DNA of 64,000 nt from a virus. The notes beneath the pieces were generated by a model. It searched no databases. It had not been told where the DNA came from and saw nothing but the letters and a program-made list of their open reading frames with translations. The stretch covers positions 36,355 to 100,354 of IMG/VR virus record IMGVR_UViG_3300045988_001753; one strand, written 5' to 3'. Positions 21,693-32,120 of the stretch are shown here, piece by piece; the first letter of the stretch is position 1; the number at the start of each line of letters is the position of its first letter. Both the position numbers and the translations under genes were made by a program.

Positions 21693-21725
21693 CAAAGATA
21701 AGCAAAGTATTTGAATTATACAAGG
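21693..21725 (-). promoter_or_regulatory. Bacteroidota-type promoter (-7 TATCTTTG, -33-like CCTTGT)
   Basis: The minus strand reads CCTTGTATAATTCAAATACTTTGCTTATCTTTGCA, 19 nt before the ATG at 21674. It belongs to an 8-copy motif family. Confidence 0.65.
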
Positions 21726-21734
21726 ATATTATCC

Positions 21735-21775
21735 AAAAAGTAAAGGGAAGATAAGTAATAAACTTACCTTCCCCC
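21735..21775 (-). terminator. rho-independent terminator after the 1623-aa gene
   Basis: Minus-strand stem GGGAAGGTAAG/CTTATCTTCCC followed by UUUACUUUUU. Confidence 0.75.
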
Positions 21776-21781
21776 CTATTA

Positions 21782-24700
21782 TTACTCAAAGTAATGCACA
21801 ATCATATCATGCAATACAGTCTTATTTACATTCTCTTCTTCCATAGATAGCTTGATATATAACCAAGGATTCCTCATTCTATCTCTACCTTTCTTAGTAG
21901 AACCAACAGCATTAGCTCTTGGTATGTTAGCCCTCCAAATTCTAAACTTCTTCTTCAAGTCAGAAGGTCTTCCTAAGATATTATTTAGAGTAGAAGTACC
22001 TTGTTGATATTCATTCCATACAGTTAGAGTATCAAATGTTGTATTGAGCAGATTACCATTCTTGTCCCAGCTATCTGACCTGAACTCAAGGTTATTAAAT
22101 ATCTTGTCTACAGGCATATCTGGGTTAGCTATTATGGTAGTATAGAATGGCTGATATACTCCAAAGAACATATTATAGTCTCCTTCATTATGCAACCAAG
22201 GTCTATACAATGTACCTGTACCTTCAACATTAAGAGCAATTCCTCTGTCTTCAAGGTTAGTGAAGTAAGGCATCTTCTCATAACTATAGAATGAGCTGAA
22301 CTGACCTAATGGCTCAGAGAATGCTAAACACTCATCCTTGCTAATAAAGAATACATCACCATTAACCTTGTCATAGTAGGTAACAAATCCATCAAAGTCT
22401 ACTGGGTTCCATATATCTATACTATCAGAGGCTCTGTTAATCCAAGAGTGGAAACCTAATCTATCTGATAGATTATCCAACTGACCATTGAATAAGAATA
22501 TTCCTTTTGTGATGTCATCTATAAAGTAAATACCATTAGATGTTTCACACATGGACCATTTATTAGTACATCCTATTCTATCAGAGATATATCTCTTACC
22601 ATTAACCTTTCCACTGTTTGCAATCTCAATAGGGACTCCATCAGTAGAAGAAATCTGCATATTCTCATTATATAGGATTTGGCTGATACCTCTATCTTGG
22701 AAAGCAAGTATATTGTTATTAAACCTTCTCAGTGCCCTTACATTTCCCTTATCCCCATCAAGGTCAAGGGTAGATGCAAGAGTGATGTTAGTCCAAGTAT
22801 CTATTAACTCTCCAGCAGTTTTAGTCTTAGTCCAAGTAATTGAATTATGGAAGTTATCCAAGTTCAACTTGTTTGGATTAATTGTCCTATAGTTGAAGAA
22901 ATTATTAGGTTGAGAATATACATCATTCATCAAGTTAAAGTTCTCAGGAGTAATTGAGAAATTACTTGTTTGTCCTCTGTTCCTATCATATCTACCATCA
23001 ATATTTACCCTTGTTTCACACATGAATGATACAATATCAGTTACTGCATTCTGGTCTTCAAGAGTGAAAGGGTAAGTCTTGATATGGTCATATCTTTGGA
23101 AATAGGTATCACCTTCTTCCCACCTGATAGTAATACTGCTCTTGACTCCATTGTTAGTATCTACAAGAGAAATTGGGTCTCCACAAGGTAGCCATACATT
23201 ATTTTCAAATGCCTCTTCTGTCTGACCTCCAAACCTATTCTGTACACTATCATTATACAATTCTCCTAACCATAGCCATCCATGTTGAATACTTGATACA
23301 GCAGATATAGGACCTCTTGGAGCACCAGTAATAATAGTATCTTGTGATACACTCTTGGTACTTCCTGACTTATCCCAATACATGTGTTGCCCACTTGGAG
23401 CACCTGAGTTCTGTGCATTTACAAACCAAGTATCATCATAATCACCATCCTTGATATTAGGTAATATCCTTTGAGCACCTGATGTAGTATAGTTTAGAGC
23501 TAATACAGCATGAGGAGTAGACTTATACTTGATTCTAACAGGGTCAGTACCTGTAATTTGGTCAGTAAATCTACTATCTACCTGCATATACCCACTACTA
23601 AACAAAGTATGTGCATTAGTCTCTGCACTTTGAACTCCAGTAGTCATAATAGGATAACCATCCTTCTTATCACCAATTCTTGAGATAGTAAGAAGCTTAT
23701 CTACATTACCATAGTAGTTAATATCTGTAAGACCTGAGTTCTCTTGTGCAGGTAATCTAACAAGTGATACTTCATTAGAATCAAATACTGCAACTCCTGA
23801 TATACCAGTTCTTGTGCCATTACCACTCACATAAGCATTCCATATATTACCTGAATCCAAGTAGACTGACTTATATGAATACCTCATATTAGACATCTTC
23901 TTCTTGTCAAGCATAGCTGACCTATACCCATCAGTAGCAAACTTAGTGTTATTAAGTGAGCCATTTCTGTGCCAAGGATATACAACAAATCCAGTAGTAT
24001 AGTGATGAGTATTACCTGTATCTTTCTTGTATGCAGTTAATTCATCAAACCAGAATGCTCCAGAGATTAATCCTCTCCATCCAAAATGAGAATCACCAAG
24101 ATGTGACCCAAGCCCTTCATAACTAAAATCATTCTCTACACCAACAGGTTCTTTATAGAATCCAGCAGGCAACTCTGAACTATCATAGAAGTTATTAACA
24201 GGAGTAGAAGTCTGAATATCAATATCTGAGGCAAATGCAGTTAGGGGAACCATACCTACTATCCTCAGTTTCAATCCTGATGTATCAATACTTCTTACTT
24301 CATTATCAAACTCAATGTCAGGTGAGTGGAAAGTTAATATTGATTGGTCAATGTAGTAATTCTCTGCATTGTTAGATACCCAACTTGCAACATCTGAGTC
24401 AGTTGCAGTATCATCAACATAAGGACCAGAAGGAGGATTCCAAATACATTGGATTTCTGCATTTCTATTACTATTGCCTGGAATAGGTCTATTATGCCTA
24501 AACTCTGCCCAAGCTCCCTTATTGACTACATCAATATTGTATTGTGTCTCTCCTGAAGTAACTATAGTCCTATTATTAGACATGATACCTGCCCTTGAAT
24601 ATGCAGATGGGTCTCCTAAGAATCTTCCTAATCCTACCCAGTCTCCACCCCAAGCACCTTCATCATTCTGAACATAGTGGAAAGCCTTGTATTCATCAAA

Positions 24701-26653
24701 TGGTGCATTAGGTCTTGTAAACCAAGATGACTGTGCAAATGGAGAATTACCAAATCTATCGGATATATTATACACAGTAGGGCAAAGAATGCCTTGACAT
24801 ACAGCTTCTCTATCATTAATGGTAGGATATACTACAACAGGTCTTATTCTAACATATCCATTGCTAAGAAGCCTGTCAATAATAGTAGTATCATTTAATG
24901 TAAATTCAGCTACTGGTAATCCTATCTTATTATCACTATAAAAGGTAGTGTCTATATGAACAGTGTTTCTAACATCATTAATCCATATAGGTTCTGACCA
25001 TTTACCTGTATAGTGCTGAGCCTGAATACCAAATCTGTAATACTCAAGATATTTGAATGTCTTAAACTGATAAGAGTTCATCTTGAGTTGGTTACTATAA
25101 GGATAGTAGCCCTTAGCTTCTGGAGAACTTATACTTTTATTATAGGTAGAGAAGGTAATACTCTTGCCTTTGAAGTAGCTTCTAATAGTAGAGTCAAGAG
25201 TTTTTCTCTTTGTCTCAATGTCTCCAAGGAACAGAGTATTATCCTTTTGAGCCATTGTACCAAACACTACTTCCTCTCCACCAATATATAACAATTCAGT
25301 AGGGTCTACAGAATCTCCTGATGAGCCATTGTCAGTGTAAGTAACTTTAGCTATACTAAGAGTACCAGTCATATTACCATTATTAGCCAATTGCATACTT
25401 GCCTTATTACCATTGGTAATAGTAATAATGAATGATGTGCCTGTATCCCAAGTCAGGTAGTCACCTCCAAAGTTTATACCATAATATTCATTAGTATCAA
25501 ATGTCCAAGACTTGTAGTTTGACCCTGAGTAAGAAGGTTCATATTGGTCAAGTGTTTTATCTGCCTTATAACCATCCCTTAAATACATAGTCATCTTATT
25601 AGCTGGGAGATTAATCTCATAACTACTAAGCTTATAATTTGACCTTCCTGTAGGAGGAGCTAAATCTACAACTCTCCTAACATCTGGAGTTGCATTTATG
25701 CTTGTTCTATGTATTGAATATATTCTGATGTAGTCAAATCTCTTATCTACATTAGTCACCTCTATATTGAAACTGTTACTTACTCTATCCTCAGGACTTG
25801 CACCTCTGTTATTATATGAGATGTAGTAAAGTGGAGAAGTATAGAAGATGTTACTCTCCTGACCATACTTGTTAAAGTAGGTAAAGGCATACTGTATAAC
25901 TCCAGGAGCAAAACTACCATTAGCTACAATATTCCTTTCAATAGTGATTTCCTCATTCAGACTAAGTGTCCTCACAAAGTTGAATGAATCAGTATTCCAT
26001 TTGCTTACTACATCAGATGCAGCAGCTATGTTAATTACTCTTGGCTGATTTAGACCATCAGTCCAGTACACCTTTCTAATATCAGTGTTCTCATAGAAAG
26101 AAATAGTCTCTATAGGATGCTTGTAATTAAATCCTAAGTCTCCTCTAAACAGTCTCTTTCCAGTTAATGCACCATTGTTGAACCATAGCTTATAGATTCT
26201 ATCATCCAACATAGAATCTACATCTATATTCAACTTGTATGGACAATCTACAAGGGTAATATCTCCAATAGAACTTAGGTCAGGAGTAATATCATTTGCA
26301 GTATCTTCCCCAGCAGTAAGGTCAGTAATGAGAACATCACAAGGGAATATATCAGGTGCCTCGAATATATTAGGAGTTATATCTGCTAATCTATAATCAT
26401 CATCTCCAGCAGCAAAGATAATAAGCTCATTATTAACCAATGCCTGTCCAATAGGAATACCTTTAATATGGTCCCCTACACCTGCTATACTTGATTTCTT
26501 ATTACCTTTCTCATTTATCAAACTAAGCAGAGTACTCTCATCAGTTGGCATTACCCTAACATTCTTATTCTCATAAGAATATTCAGAGTTAAATGCAGAA
26601 GCTGATAAGTCCCTCTGCATTCCTTTTGTTTTGAATTGTACAACTTTCTGCAT
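21782..26653 (-). CDS. large tail structural protein (hub/muzzle class, assignment tentative)
   Basis: 1623 aa, aromatic/Asn-rich and beta-type in composition. It sits between head-tail genes and ejection proteins and is followed by a terminator. Confidence 0.5.
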   Translation of the reverse strand: MQKVVQFKTKGMQRDLSASAFNSEYSYENKNVRVMPTDESTLLSLINEKGNKKSSIAGVGDHIKGIPIGQALVNNELIIFAAGDDDYRLADITPNIFEAPDIFPCDVLITDLTAGEDTANDITPDLSSIGDITLVDCPYKLNIDVDSMLDDRIYKLWFNNGALTGKRLFRGDLGFNYKHPIETISFYENTDIRKVYWTDGLNQPRVINIAAASDVVSKWNTDSFNFVRTLSLNEEITIERNIVANGSFAPGVIQYAFTYFNKYGQESNIFYTSPLYYISYNNRGASPEDRVSNSFNIEVTNVDKRFDYIRIYSIHRTSINATPDVRRVVDLAPPTGRSNYKLSSYEINLPANKMTMYLRDGYKADKTLDQYEPSYSGSNYKSWTFDTNEYYGINFGGDYLTWDTGTSFIITITNGNKASMQLANNGNMTGTLSIAKVTYTDNGSSGDSVDPTELLYIGGEEVVFGTMAQKDNTLFLGDIETKRKTLDSTIRSYFKGKSITFSTYNKSISSPEAKGYYPYSNQLKMNSYQFKTFKYLEYYRFGIQAQHYTGKWSEPIWINDVRNTVHIDTTFYSDNKIGLPVAEFTLNDTTIIDRLLSNGYVRIRPVVVYPTINDREAVCQGILCPTVYNISDRFGNSPFAQSSWFTRPNAPFDEYKAFHYVQNDEGAWGGDWVGLGRFLGDPSAYSRAGIMSNNRTIVTSGETQYNIDVVNKGAWAEFRHNRPIPGNSNRNAEIQCIWNPPSGPYVDDTATDSDVASWVSNNAENYYIDQSILTFHSPDIEFDNEVRSIDTSGLKLRIVGMVPLTAFASDIDIQTSTPVNNFYDSSELPAGFYKEPVGVENDFSYEGLGSHLGDSHFGWRGLISGAFWFDELTAYKKDTGNTHHYTTGFVVYPWHRNGSLNNTKFATDGYRSAMLDKKKMSNMRYSYKSVYLDSGNIWNAYVSGNGTRTGISGVAVFDSNEVSLVRLPAQENSGLTDINYYGNVDKLLTISRIGDKKDGYPIMTTGVQSAETNAHTLFSSGYMQVDSRFTDQITGTDPVRIKYKSTPHAVLALNYTTSGAQRILPNIKDGDYDDTWFVNAQNSGAPSGQHMYWDKSGSTKSVSQDTIITGAPRGPISAVSSIQHGWLWLGELYNDSVQNRFGGQTEEAFENNVWLPCGDPISLVDTNNGVKSSITIRWEEGDTYFQRYDHIKTYPFTLEDQNAVTDIVSFMCETRVNIDGRYDRNRGQTSNFSITPENFNLMNDVYSQPNNFFNYRTINPNKLNLDNFHNSITWTKTKTAGELIDTWTNITLASTLDLDGDKGNVRALRRFNNNILAFQDRGISQILYNENMQISSTDGVPIEIANSGKVNGKRYISDRIGCTNKWSMCETSNGIYFIDDITKGIFLFNGQLDNLSDRLGFHSWINRASDSIDIWNPVDFDGFVTYYDKVNGDVFFISKDECLAFSEPLGQFSSFYSYEKMPYFTNLEDRGIALNVEGTGTLYRPWLHNEGDYNMFFGVYQPFYTTIIANPDMPVDKIFNNLEFRSDSWDKNGNLLNTTFDTLTVWNEYQQGTSTLNNILGRPSDLKKKFRIWRANIPRANAVGSTKKGRDRMRNPWLYIKLSMEEENVNKTVLHDMIVHYFE

Positions 26654-26655
26654 AG

Positions 26656-27363
26656 TTATTGTAATTTAATGTATTCCTTATTACCAAGAGATGAGAATCC
26701 ATTATTAAACTCACTTGTCCTTTGTATGAGTGTATTCCACATTCTTGATATACTCTCCATCTCAGACTGTGATGGAATAGTAAATTCACTCTGCAATTGA
26801 CCAGCCAACCAAGCATATTGTTGCTGAGTATTCTGTAATACAGCAGGAGCAATCTTACCCATATCAAATAGAATAGTAAATGCCTCTCTCTTGATATATG
26901 CTTCAAGTGCCTTCAGGAATACAGGGTTATCAATAAGTAGTGGAAATCCATCCTTATCTACTGGGATTGCCTTATAGGACACTGACACATCTCCTGTCTT
27001 GAAGGATACATATAATACTTGTCCTTGTGTTTTGAAGGACAACTCTTGTGGTATCTTGTAGCCAGCACTTCTGTCATAGTGTTCTCTTGGCATGAAATTA
27101 TATGTCATGCTTCTAAGGCATACACCAGTTTTACACTCTTTAATCTGATTGATAGATATTAAATCACAAGGAAGCTTAGCTCTAAAATCCTCTATATGAA
27201 GAACCTCTTCCTTATCTTGATATAACTTTGGCATACCAAATATACCAATGAAGTCAATGGTATATTGTACAGCCTGCTCAAGAGTTACATCTTGAAGAAG
27301 AGGATGTCTCAGTACTCTACTTAGAGCTTCTCTTATATTTATGTAGTTATATTCTTTTACCAT
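26656..27363 (-). CDS. hypothetical structural-module protein
   Basis: 235 aa, ATG start, 2-nt gaps to both neighbours. Confidence 0.75.
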   Translation of the reverse strand: MVKEYNYINIREALSRVLRHPLLQDVTLEQAVQYTIDFIGIFGMPKLYQDKEEVLHIEDFRAKLPCDLISINQIKECKTGVCLRSMTYNFMPREHYDRSAGYKIPQELSFKTQGQVLYVSFKTGDVSVSYKAIPVDKDGFPLLIDNPVFLKALEAYIKREAFTILFDMGKIAPAVLQNTQQQYAWLAGQLQSEFTIPSQSEMESISRMWNTLIQRTSEFNNGFSSLGNKEYIKLQ

Positions 27364-27365
27364 AA

Positions 27366-27896
27366 TTATATCTTGAAAGCATCTATCTTTCCTTCTTTTA
27401 TTCTTTGTTTTAATCTCTTCTTCAGTTCTCTATTAACATTAAATTCATAGAAGACCTGATTATTATAGTCTGCTAACTGCTTATTATAGTAGACCTTAAA
27501 GATTTCTTTTTCCTCCACTTTAACCAGTGTTTTTTCCTTATAGGCTTCCTCATCTTCATACCATAATTTAAGAGTTTTATCCCAGTCTATAGGTAGGTTA
27601 GTCTTAACCTTTTCACCATCAAAACTAACTCTCACATCATATTTCCTTAGCTCTATTCTACCCATTCTATGTGGTAACTTAATATCATTACCATGAAGGA
27701 AACTATCAGCTAAGTAGTCATTGACTTTCCTTACAATACTATAGAACTCATGTTCTGTAAGACATCTTCCTATATTGAGCCAGCCATTCTTTCTTATCCA
27801 CTTATAGGCTGAGTAAACCCCAATTGAGTTAGTAACTTTGTGTTTTCTTGGACTATTCAGATGCTGAACCTCGGACCTAAATTCTTCATAAGTCAT
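27366..27896 (-). CDS. hypothetical structural-module protein
   Basis: 176 aa, ATG start. Its start overlaps the end of the GIY-YIG gene by 11 nt. Confidence 0.7.
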   Translation of the reverse strand: MTYEEFRSEVQHLNSPRKHKVTNSIGVYSAYKWIRKNGWLNIGRCLTEHEFYSIVRKVNDYLADSFLHGNDIKLPHRMGRIELRKYDVRVSFDGEKVKTNLPIDWDKTLKLWYEDEEAYKEKTLVKVEEKEIFKVYYNKQLADYNNQVFYEFNVNRELKKRLKQRIKEGKIDAFKI

Positions 27897-28617
27897 ACCT
27901 CACCTCCCAACCTTTAATGTTACTTCTCTTATTGTTAAGTACATCTAATATATGAACATTAGAAGATACACCAAGAAATTTAGCAAACTTGTAGGAGGAA
28001 GAAAACTTTAGCACTTGTCCAGTATTACTATTAGTGCAAATTATTGGTTTAGCCTTCTTCCTTAAAGAGCTGTTTAGATTTATCAAGTTCAAGTCTTTAT
28101 TATATTCATACCTGAATTGATAATCACCACAAGTCTTCCTTTTCATATTAGCTGCCATTCCAATATTTCTCCTATCTAAACCATAATAATCAGCAGCTTC
28201 ATTACAAGAACTAAAAGCATTAATCAATGTACCATGTAGATTATATACATAAATCTTCTTATTATTAGATTTATCTTTATACCTACCTTCTCCACCTCCA
28301 GATATATTACATAAGCATCCTGAATTGTTGATAATTCTGCCATAAGTAGATATAAGTTCTATTTCTTTACTCTTACATTCTTCTTCTGTTAAGTCATCAT
28401 ACAAAATTTTAACTATCCTACCATGCTTACTAAAACATCTTAGCCATAAATAATTTCTTGACCATGATGAACATTGATATGCTCTTGCATAAATCTGACT
28501 ATGGGAAGCTCCTTTTCTCTTCTTCCCAATACCTATGTAAAACAGCTCATTTGTATCAGACTTATAATGTCCATATACAAAATAACACCTATCTTTCTCT
28601 TCTTGACAAGACTCCAT
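27886..28617 (-). CDS. GIY-YIG homing endonuclease with C-terminal NUMOD-like DNA-binding repeats
   Basis: YFVYGHY...LFYIGIGKK (GIY-x9-YIG), CFSKHG (compare I-TevI SFNKHG), EIELI and NISGGGEG. Two C-terminal repeats (IYVYNLHGTLINAFSSCNEAADYYGLDRRNI and ICTNSNTGQVLKFSSSYKFAKFLGVSSNV) resemble NUMOD-type modules. Confidence 0.85.
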   Translation of the reverse strand: MESCQEEKDRCYFVYGHYKSDTNELFYIGIGKKRKGASHSQIYARAYQCSSWSRNYLWLRCFSKHGRIVKILYDDLTEEECKSKEIELISTYGRIINNSGCLCNISGGGEGRYKDKSNNKKIYVYNLHGTLINAFSSCNEAADYYGLDRRNIGMAANMKRKTCGDYQFRYEYNKDLNLINLNSSLRKKAKPIICTNSNTGQVLKFSSSYKFAKFLGVSSNVHILDVLNNKRSNIKGWEVRYDL

Positions 28618-28623
28618 AACTCA

Positions 28624-29313
28624 CTATTTGGTTGCTACTTCTGACAACTCATCCTTTGCATCATTGGATTCATCCTTAGGTCTGTACTCAGCACCTAATA
28701 ACTCCTTAACTACAAGTTCAATCATAGGAGGTATAAGAGCATCCTCAATAGGGAAAGTCTTATCTAATACATCACATACTGTATCACCATTCTCATCAGG
28801 GCACTGCAATTCTGATGCAGCCTGTGGGTCTTCAAATATACCTGTCATTCTTGCCTTTTCAAGATACAAGTACTGTGGATTGAAAGACTTAAAGTATAGG
28901 TAATTATCTGGACCAATAGAAGCATAGATGATATTTTTCAGATACTTATTATACCCCACATATCTCATCCTTTCTCTACTTACATAAGTAATCTCCCCTT
29001 GATAATAATCAACTGGGTACACCATAGGATTACCTATCTTCATTAGGAAAGGTATCTTCTCCTTACTTCTTAGATAAGAACCACCTTCACAAGGCTCACC
29101 TGATATAGCAGGTACCTCAATTAAATCCAAGCATATAGTCTGATAATTACTCTCAGGTATCTGCTTCTTTACATCTGAATATCTCTGTTTCAGTAAGAAT
29201 GTCCTATACTTGCCAAGTAGAAACATAACATGTTCCTCTGTATATAGGGCATCATCTGAGTACAGTTTCAATTCATCAAGTACCATGTAGGTTAATTCTT
29301 TATATGTACTCAT
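28624..29313 (-). CDS. hypothetical structural-module protein
   Basis: 229 aa, ATG start, with its own TAnnTTTG promoter upstream. Confidence 0.75.
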   Translation of the reverse strand: MSTYKELTYMVLDELKLYSDDALYTEEHVMFLLGKYRTFLLKQRYSDVKKQIPESNYQTICLDLIEVPAISGEPCEGGSYLRSKEKIPFLMKIGNPMVYPVDYYQGEITYVSRERMRYVGYNKYLKNIIYASIGPDNYLYFKSFNPQYLYLEKARMTGIFEDPQAASELQCPDENGDTVCDVLDKTFPIEDALIPPMIELVVKELLGAEYRPKDESNDAKDELSEVATK

Positions 29314-29336
29314 AACATCATTATTTACTATAACTA

Positions 29337-29386
29337 AAAATCCTTGTGCAAAGATAAGTAATTATTATCAGTTACACAAGGATTTT
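29337..29386 (-). terminator. 12-bp hairpin (AAAATCCTTGTG/CACAAGGATTTT) + U5 that encloses a promoter -7 box
   Basis: Perfect inverted repeat 29337-29348 / 29375-29386. The minus-strand U-run follows the 3' arm. Confidence 0.55.
29349..29381 (-). promoter_or_regulatory. Bacteroidota-type promoter (-7 TATCTTTG)
   Basis: The minus strand reads CCTTGTGTAACTGATAATAATTACTTATCTTTGCA, upstream of the ATG at 29313. Confidence 0.6.
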
Positions 29387-29419
29387 ACTATTTTTATGTC
29401 AGAAGTATTAATGTAATAA

Positions 29420-29686
29420 TTATACTGACTTGCCTGTACAAGAGATTGAAGTGTTTGCTATATACTCTGGATAAGGTATTAAGCAAGTAGAACCATATAG
29501 ACAGTATAGGGCACTATCTAAAATTCTATACTCTTCTTCTGTTATAAAGGACTTACAATCACTCTCAAACAAATCATATATGAATATCAGCACCAATAGT
29601 TTATCTACCTCTGAATAACTCATATATCCTAACTTTGATAGGACATTGAAATATCTTGTAAGTGATTCATTAAGTACCTTGTCCAT
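29420..29686 (-). CDS. hypothetical protein
   Basis: The track start at 29695 is GTG. The first ATG (MDKVLNE...) is at 29686. 88 aa. Confidence 0.6.
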   Translation of the reverse strand: MDKVLNESLTRYFNVLSKLGYMSYSEVDKLLVLIFIYDLFESDCKSFITEEEYRILDSALYCLYGSTCLIPYPEYIANTSISCTGKSV

Positions 29687-30233
29687 AGCATCCACAATTA
29701 GGGGTTATCACTGAATCTTTAATTCCCATAAAGAATCTCTTCCAATACTTTATTGCCTCGGTATAATGACCTGTCTTTACAGCAAGTTCAAATGCCTTAT
29801 ATTGAAGTATGTAGTTGATGAAGTTCTTAGGAATAGAACAAGTATCACTCAATTCTTTAATGTAACTAAAGGCATGTTGGTACAGAGGATAAAGGTTAGA
29901 TACAACTCCTAATGTAGTAATATTATCCATCCCACAAGGAGTATTTGCAGCAGGTGTGCCCTTAGTCCTAATATACACAAAGAAAAGATTGTCATTAAGA
30001 GTTGGTAATAGGTCTCCTGTTCCCAGTTCTAATCTGACTGACTTGGTATTTCCTTCTATAACTTCTGTATATACAACTTCACTACTTGGACCAGACTCAA
30101 CAAAGGTATCTTGAGTATCTATCTGTATAGTATCAAGATATACATTTGTGTAATACTCTAAGTCCTTGACAGATACATCTATAATCAGCTTTTGCCCATC
30201 AGGGGTTATTCTTAACTCATTAAATTGTACCAT
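29670..30233 (-). CDS. hypothetical structural-module protein
   Basis: 187 aa, ATG start. Confidence 0.75.
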   Translation of the reverse strand: MVQFNELRITPDGQKLIIDVSVKDLEYYTNVYLDTIQIDTQDTFVESGPSSEVVYTEVIEGNTKSVRLELGTGDLLPTLNDNLFFVYIRTKGTPAANTPCGMDNITTLGVVSNLYPLYQHAFSYIKELSDTCSIPKNFINYILQYKAFELAVKTGHYTEAIKYWKRFFMGIKDSVITPNCGCYGQGT

Positions 30234-30244
30234 AATTAAATGTT

Positions 30245-30280
30245 TATATAAAAAGAAAGGGAGACTTAATAGCCTCCCTT
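30245..30280 (-). terminator. rho-independent terminator after the 363-aa gene
   Basis: Minus-strand stem AAGGGAG/CTCCCTT followed by UCUUUUU. Confidence 0.7.
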
Positions 30281-30290
30281 ATAAATTTGT

Positions 30291-31382
30291 TTAGCTTGCT
30301 GACACATCAAGAGTAGCTATAGTTAAACCTGTAGCAGTGTTAATTGCAGAAATAATGCTGTTAGCAAGAGCATTACTTGCTTGATTATTAGCTCCTACCT
30401 TTGGTACTACAAGAGTAATTGTCTTTTCAGACTTTTGTACACTCTCATTGCTACCTACATAAGCATAGTGGATGTCAATCACATTATACTTAACAGTTGG
30501 GTCTACAAGATAAGTAGTAGGAATATTGTTAGGGAATCCAACTCCTCTATAAATATCACCTCTCTCACCCATGCAGAAGTACTCAAGGTCTGCAATCTTC
30601 TTACCATTGTCAATTGTACCAGCATCTTCATTATCTGTAACAGTACCCCAGATTCTCTCATCACCACTTACAAGAACTGTTGTAGGCTGTACTGTAAAGT
30701 ACACAGGAGTCTGTGCCATAACACCTAATCTCCAAGGCTGCTCTACCTCAGTAATTCTGATACTATCAATATCAGTTACAAGGGTATCTGTTGCATAGTA
30801 TGGGTTAGTAGTATCACTCTTACCATTATCCTTAGTAGTAGGAGTTACAACCATGTAACCATTAGAGTCAAATCCTCCCTTGCTCTTAGTAGCCTTACTA
30901 TGTACTTCAATCTTAATCAGAGGTACTACCTCTCTACTGAAGTTCTTAGCAATTGATAATGCAAGAACCTTATAGAACTCATCTGCATCCATACCAGCAT
31001 AGGCATGAACCATACCATACTTGAAGTACTGGTCTTCATCTGACATTCCTACATATTGTCTGAATGCAATTCTCAGGATATAATCCTGTCCAGCTACAGG
31101 AGCACCACCATTAACATTGGTGTCAAGAGTCACAGTAACTGACTTCAATTCATGTGCCATAGCATCAGCGTCAGTAGCCTTAGCATAAAGGATATTCTTG
31201 ATGTCAATTAGGTCACTTCTCATCAAGTTGTCAGCACCCTTATATTCAAAGTACAGATGATTCTTTGCAGTATCATTCTTTACTGCAATAGAGCCAGCAG
31301 CATCTGATGCAAGTACATGAGGAGTCTTCAGTGCTTTTGCTACATAAAGCTGTCTTACTTGATTTGTACTAAATGTTGCCAT
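30291..31382 (-). CDS. abundant-type virion protein (head-associated; exact role unknown)
   Basis: 363 aa, followed by its own terminator, which suggests a high-expression unit. It lies in the capsid block downstream of the MCP. Confidence 0.55.
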   Translation of the reverse strand: MATFSTNQVRQLYVAKALKTPHVLASDAAGSIAVKNDTAKNHLYFEYKGADNLMRSDLIDIKNILYAKATDADAMAHELKSVTVTLDTNVNGGAPVAGQDYILRIAFRQYVGMSDEDQYFKYGMVHAYAGMDADEFYKVLALSIAKNFSREVVPLIKIEVHSKATKSKGGFDSNGYMVVTPTTKDNGKSDTTNPYYATDTLVTDIDSIRITEVEQPWRLGVMAQTPVYFTVQPTTVLVSGDERIWGTVTDNEDAGTIDNGKKIADLEYFCMGERGDIYRGVGFPNNIPTTYLVDPTVKYNVIDIHYAYVGSNESVQKSEKTITLVVPKVGANNQASNALANSIISAINTATGLTIATLDVSAS

Positions 31383-31412
31383 TTTAATTTAATATTAAAT
31401 TATACAATAGTT

Positions 31413-32120
31413 TTATTCTTTTCCTGTATTTGGAACCCTACTTATGATGGCAAGTTTTACTGCTCTCTCAAGTATAGCTCTATGTATTACAGGGTTCAAT
31501 TCACATTCTGTTTTTACACTTATGCCATTGATTGACAGATTATCTGTCAAATCAGTTAATATAATGGGAGCAGGTCTTGAAAGGTATCTAACAAGATAAC
31601 TCTCCACATTATATTTTGATACTATCTCTACTACCTTACCACTCAAATCAAGCCTTAAAGCTCTTCTTTCATTAGTACCCCTGAAAGGATTCTTTCTTAT
31701 TCTATGGTACTCATCCTGAGTAATTGGTATTACAGAGATGTCTTCACCACTCATACATCCTAATCCATCATCCTTCAAATTAACTGCTTCATAGGTTATG
31801 AACCATAAGTCATCAGGTAATTCAAAGAATACTGAGGATTTGGACAGTCCTGTATATCCTACTTTCTTATCAGTAGTTGTGTAAGTCTTTATTAGGTCAC
31901 TCAAGTATCTTCTGATTTCCTCAGTCCTCTCAAATGAGTCTCCAAATGGATTCTTACCATTATACATACCTATCACTATCTCTTCTTGAGCATTAGTGAG
32001 AAATACAGATTTCTCATATTCATCAAGCTCAACAGTGCTGGGTGTCTTTCCAAATGCCTCTATGGTAGAATAGCTATTCAGTAAGGTGTCAAACTCATTA
32101 GAAAATTCTTCAGTTGTCAT
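31413..32120 (-). CDS. structural-module protein, paralog B of a tandem pair
   Basis: 235 aa. MTTEEFSNEFDTL...DEYEKSVFLTNAQEEI and the C-terminal ECELNPVIHRAILERAVKLA parallel the upstream paralog. Confidence 0.75.
   Translation of the reverse strand: MTTEEFSNEFDTLLNSYSTIEAFGKTPSTVELDEYEKSVFLTNAQEEIVIGMYNGKNPFGDSFERTEEIRRYLSDLIKTYTTTDKKVGYTGLSKSSVFFELPDDLWFITYEAVNLKDDGLGCMSGEDISVIPITQDEYHRIRKNPFRGTNERRALRLDLSGKVVEIVSKYNVESYLVRYLSRPAPIILTDLTDNLSINGISVKTECELNPVIHRAILERAVKLAIISRVPNTGKE

Noticed and set aside
244-26906. Dozens of 60-120-aa ORFs in the track lying antisense to, or out of frame within, the giant genes (e.g. 244..444, 6632..6970, 12135..12395, 21262..21615, 26589..26906).
   Set aside because: They are fully nested in much longer ORFs and have low-complexity or odd composition. 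No promoter or terminator signals of their own were seen. They are typical shadow ORFs of AT-rich sequence.
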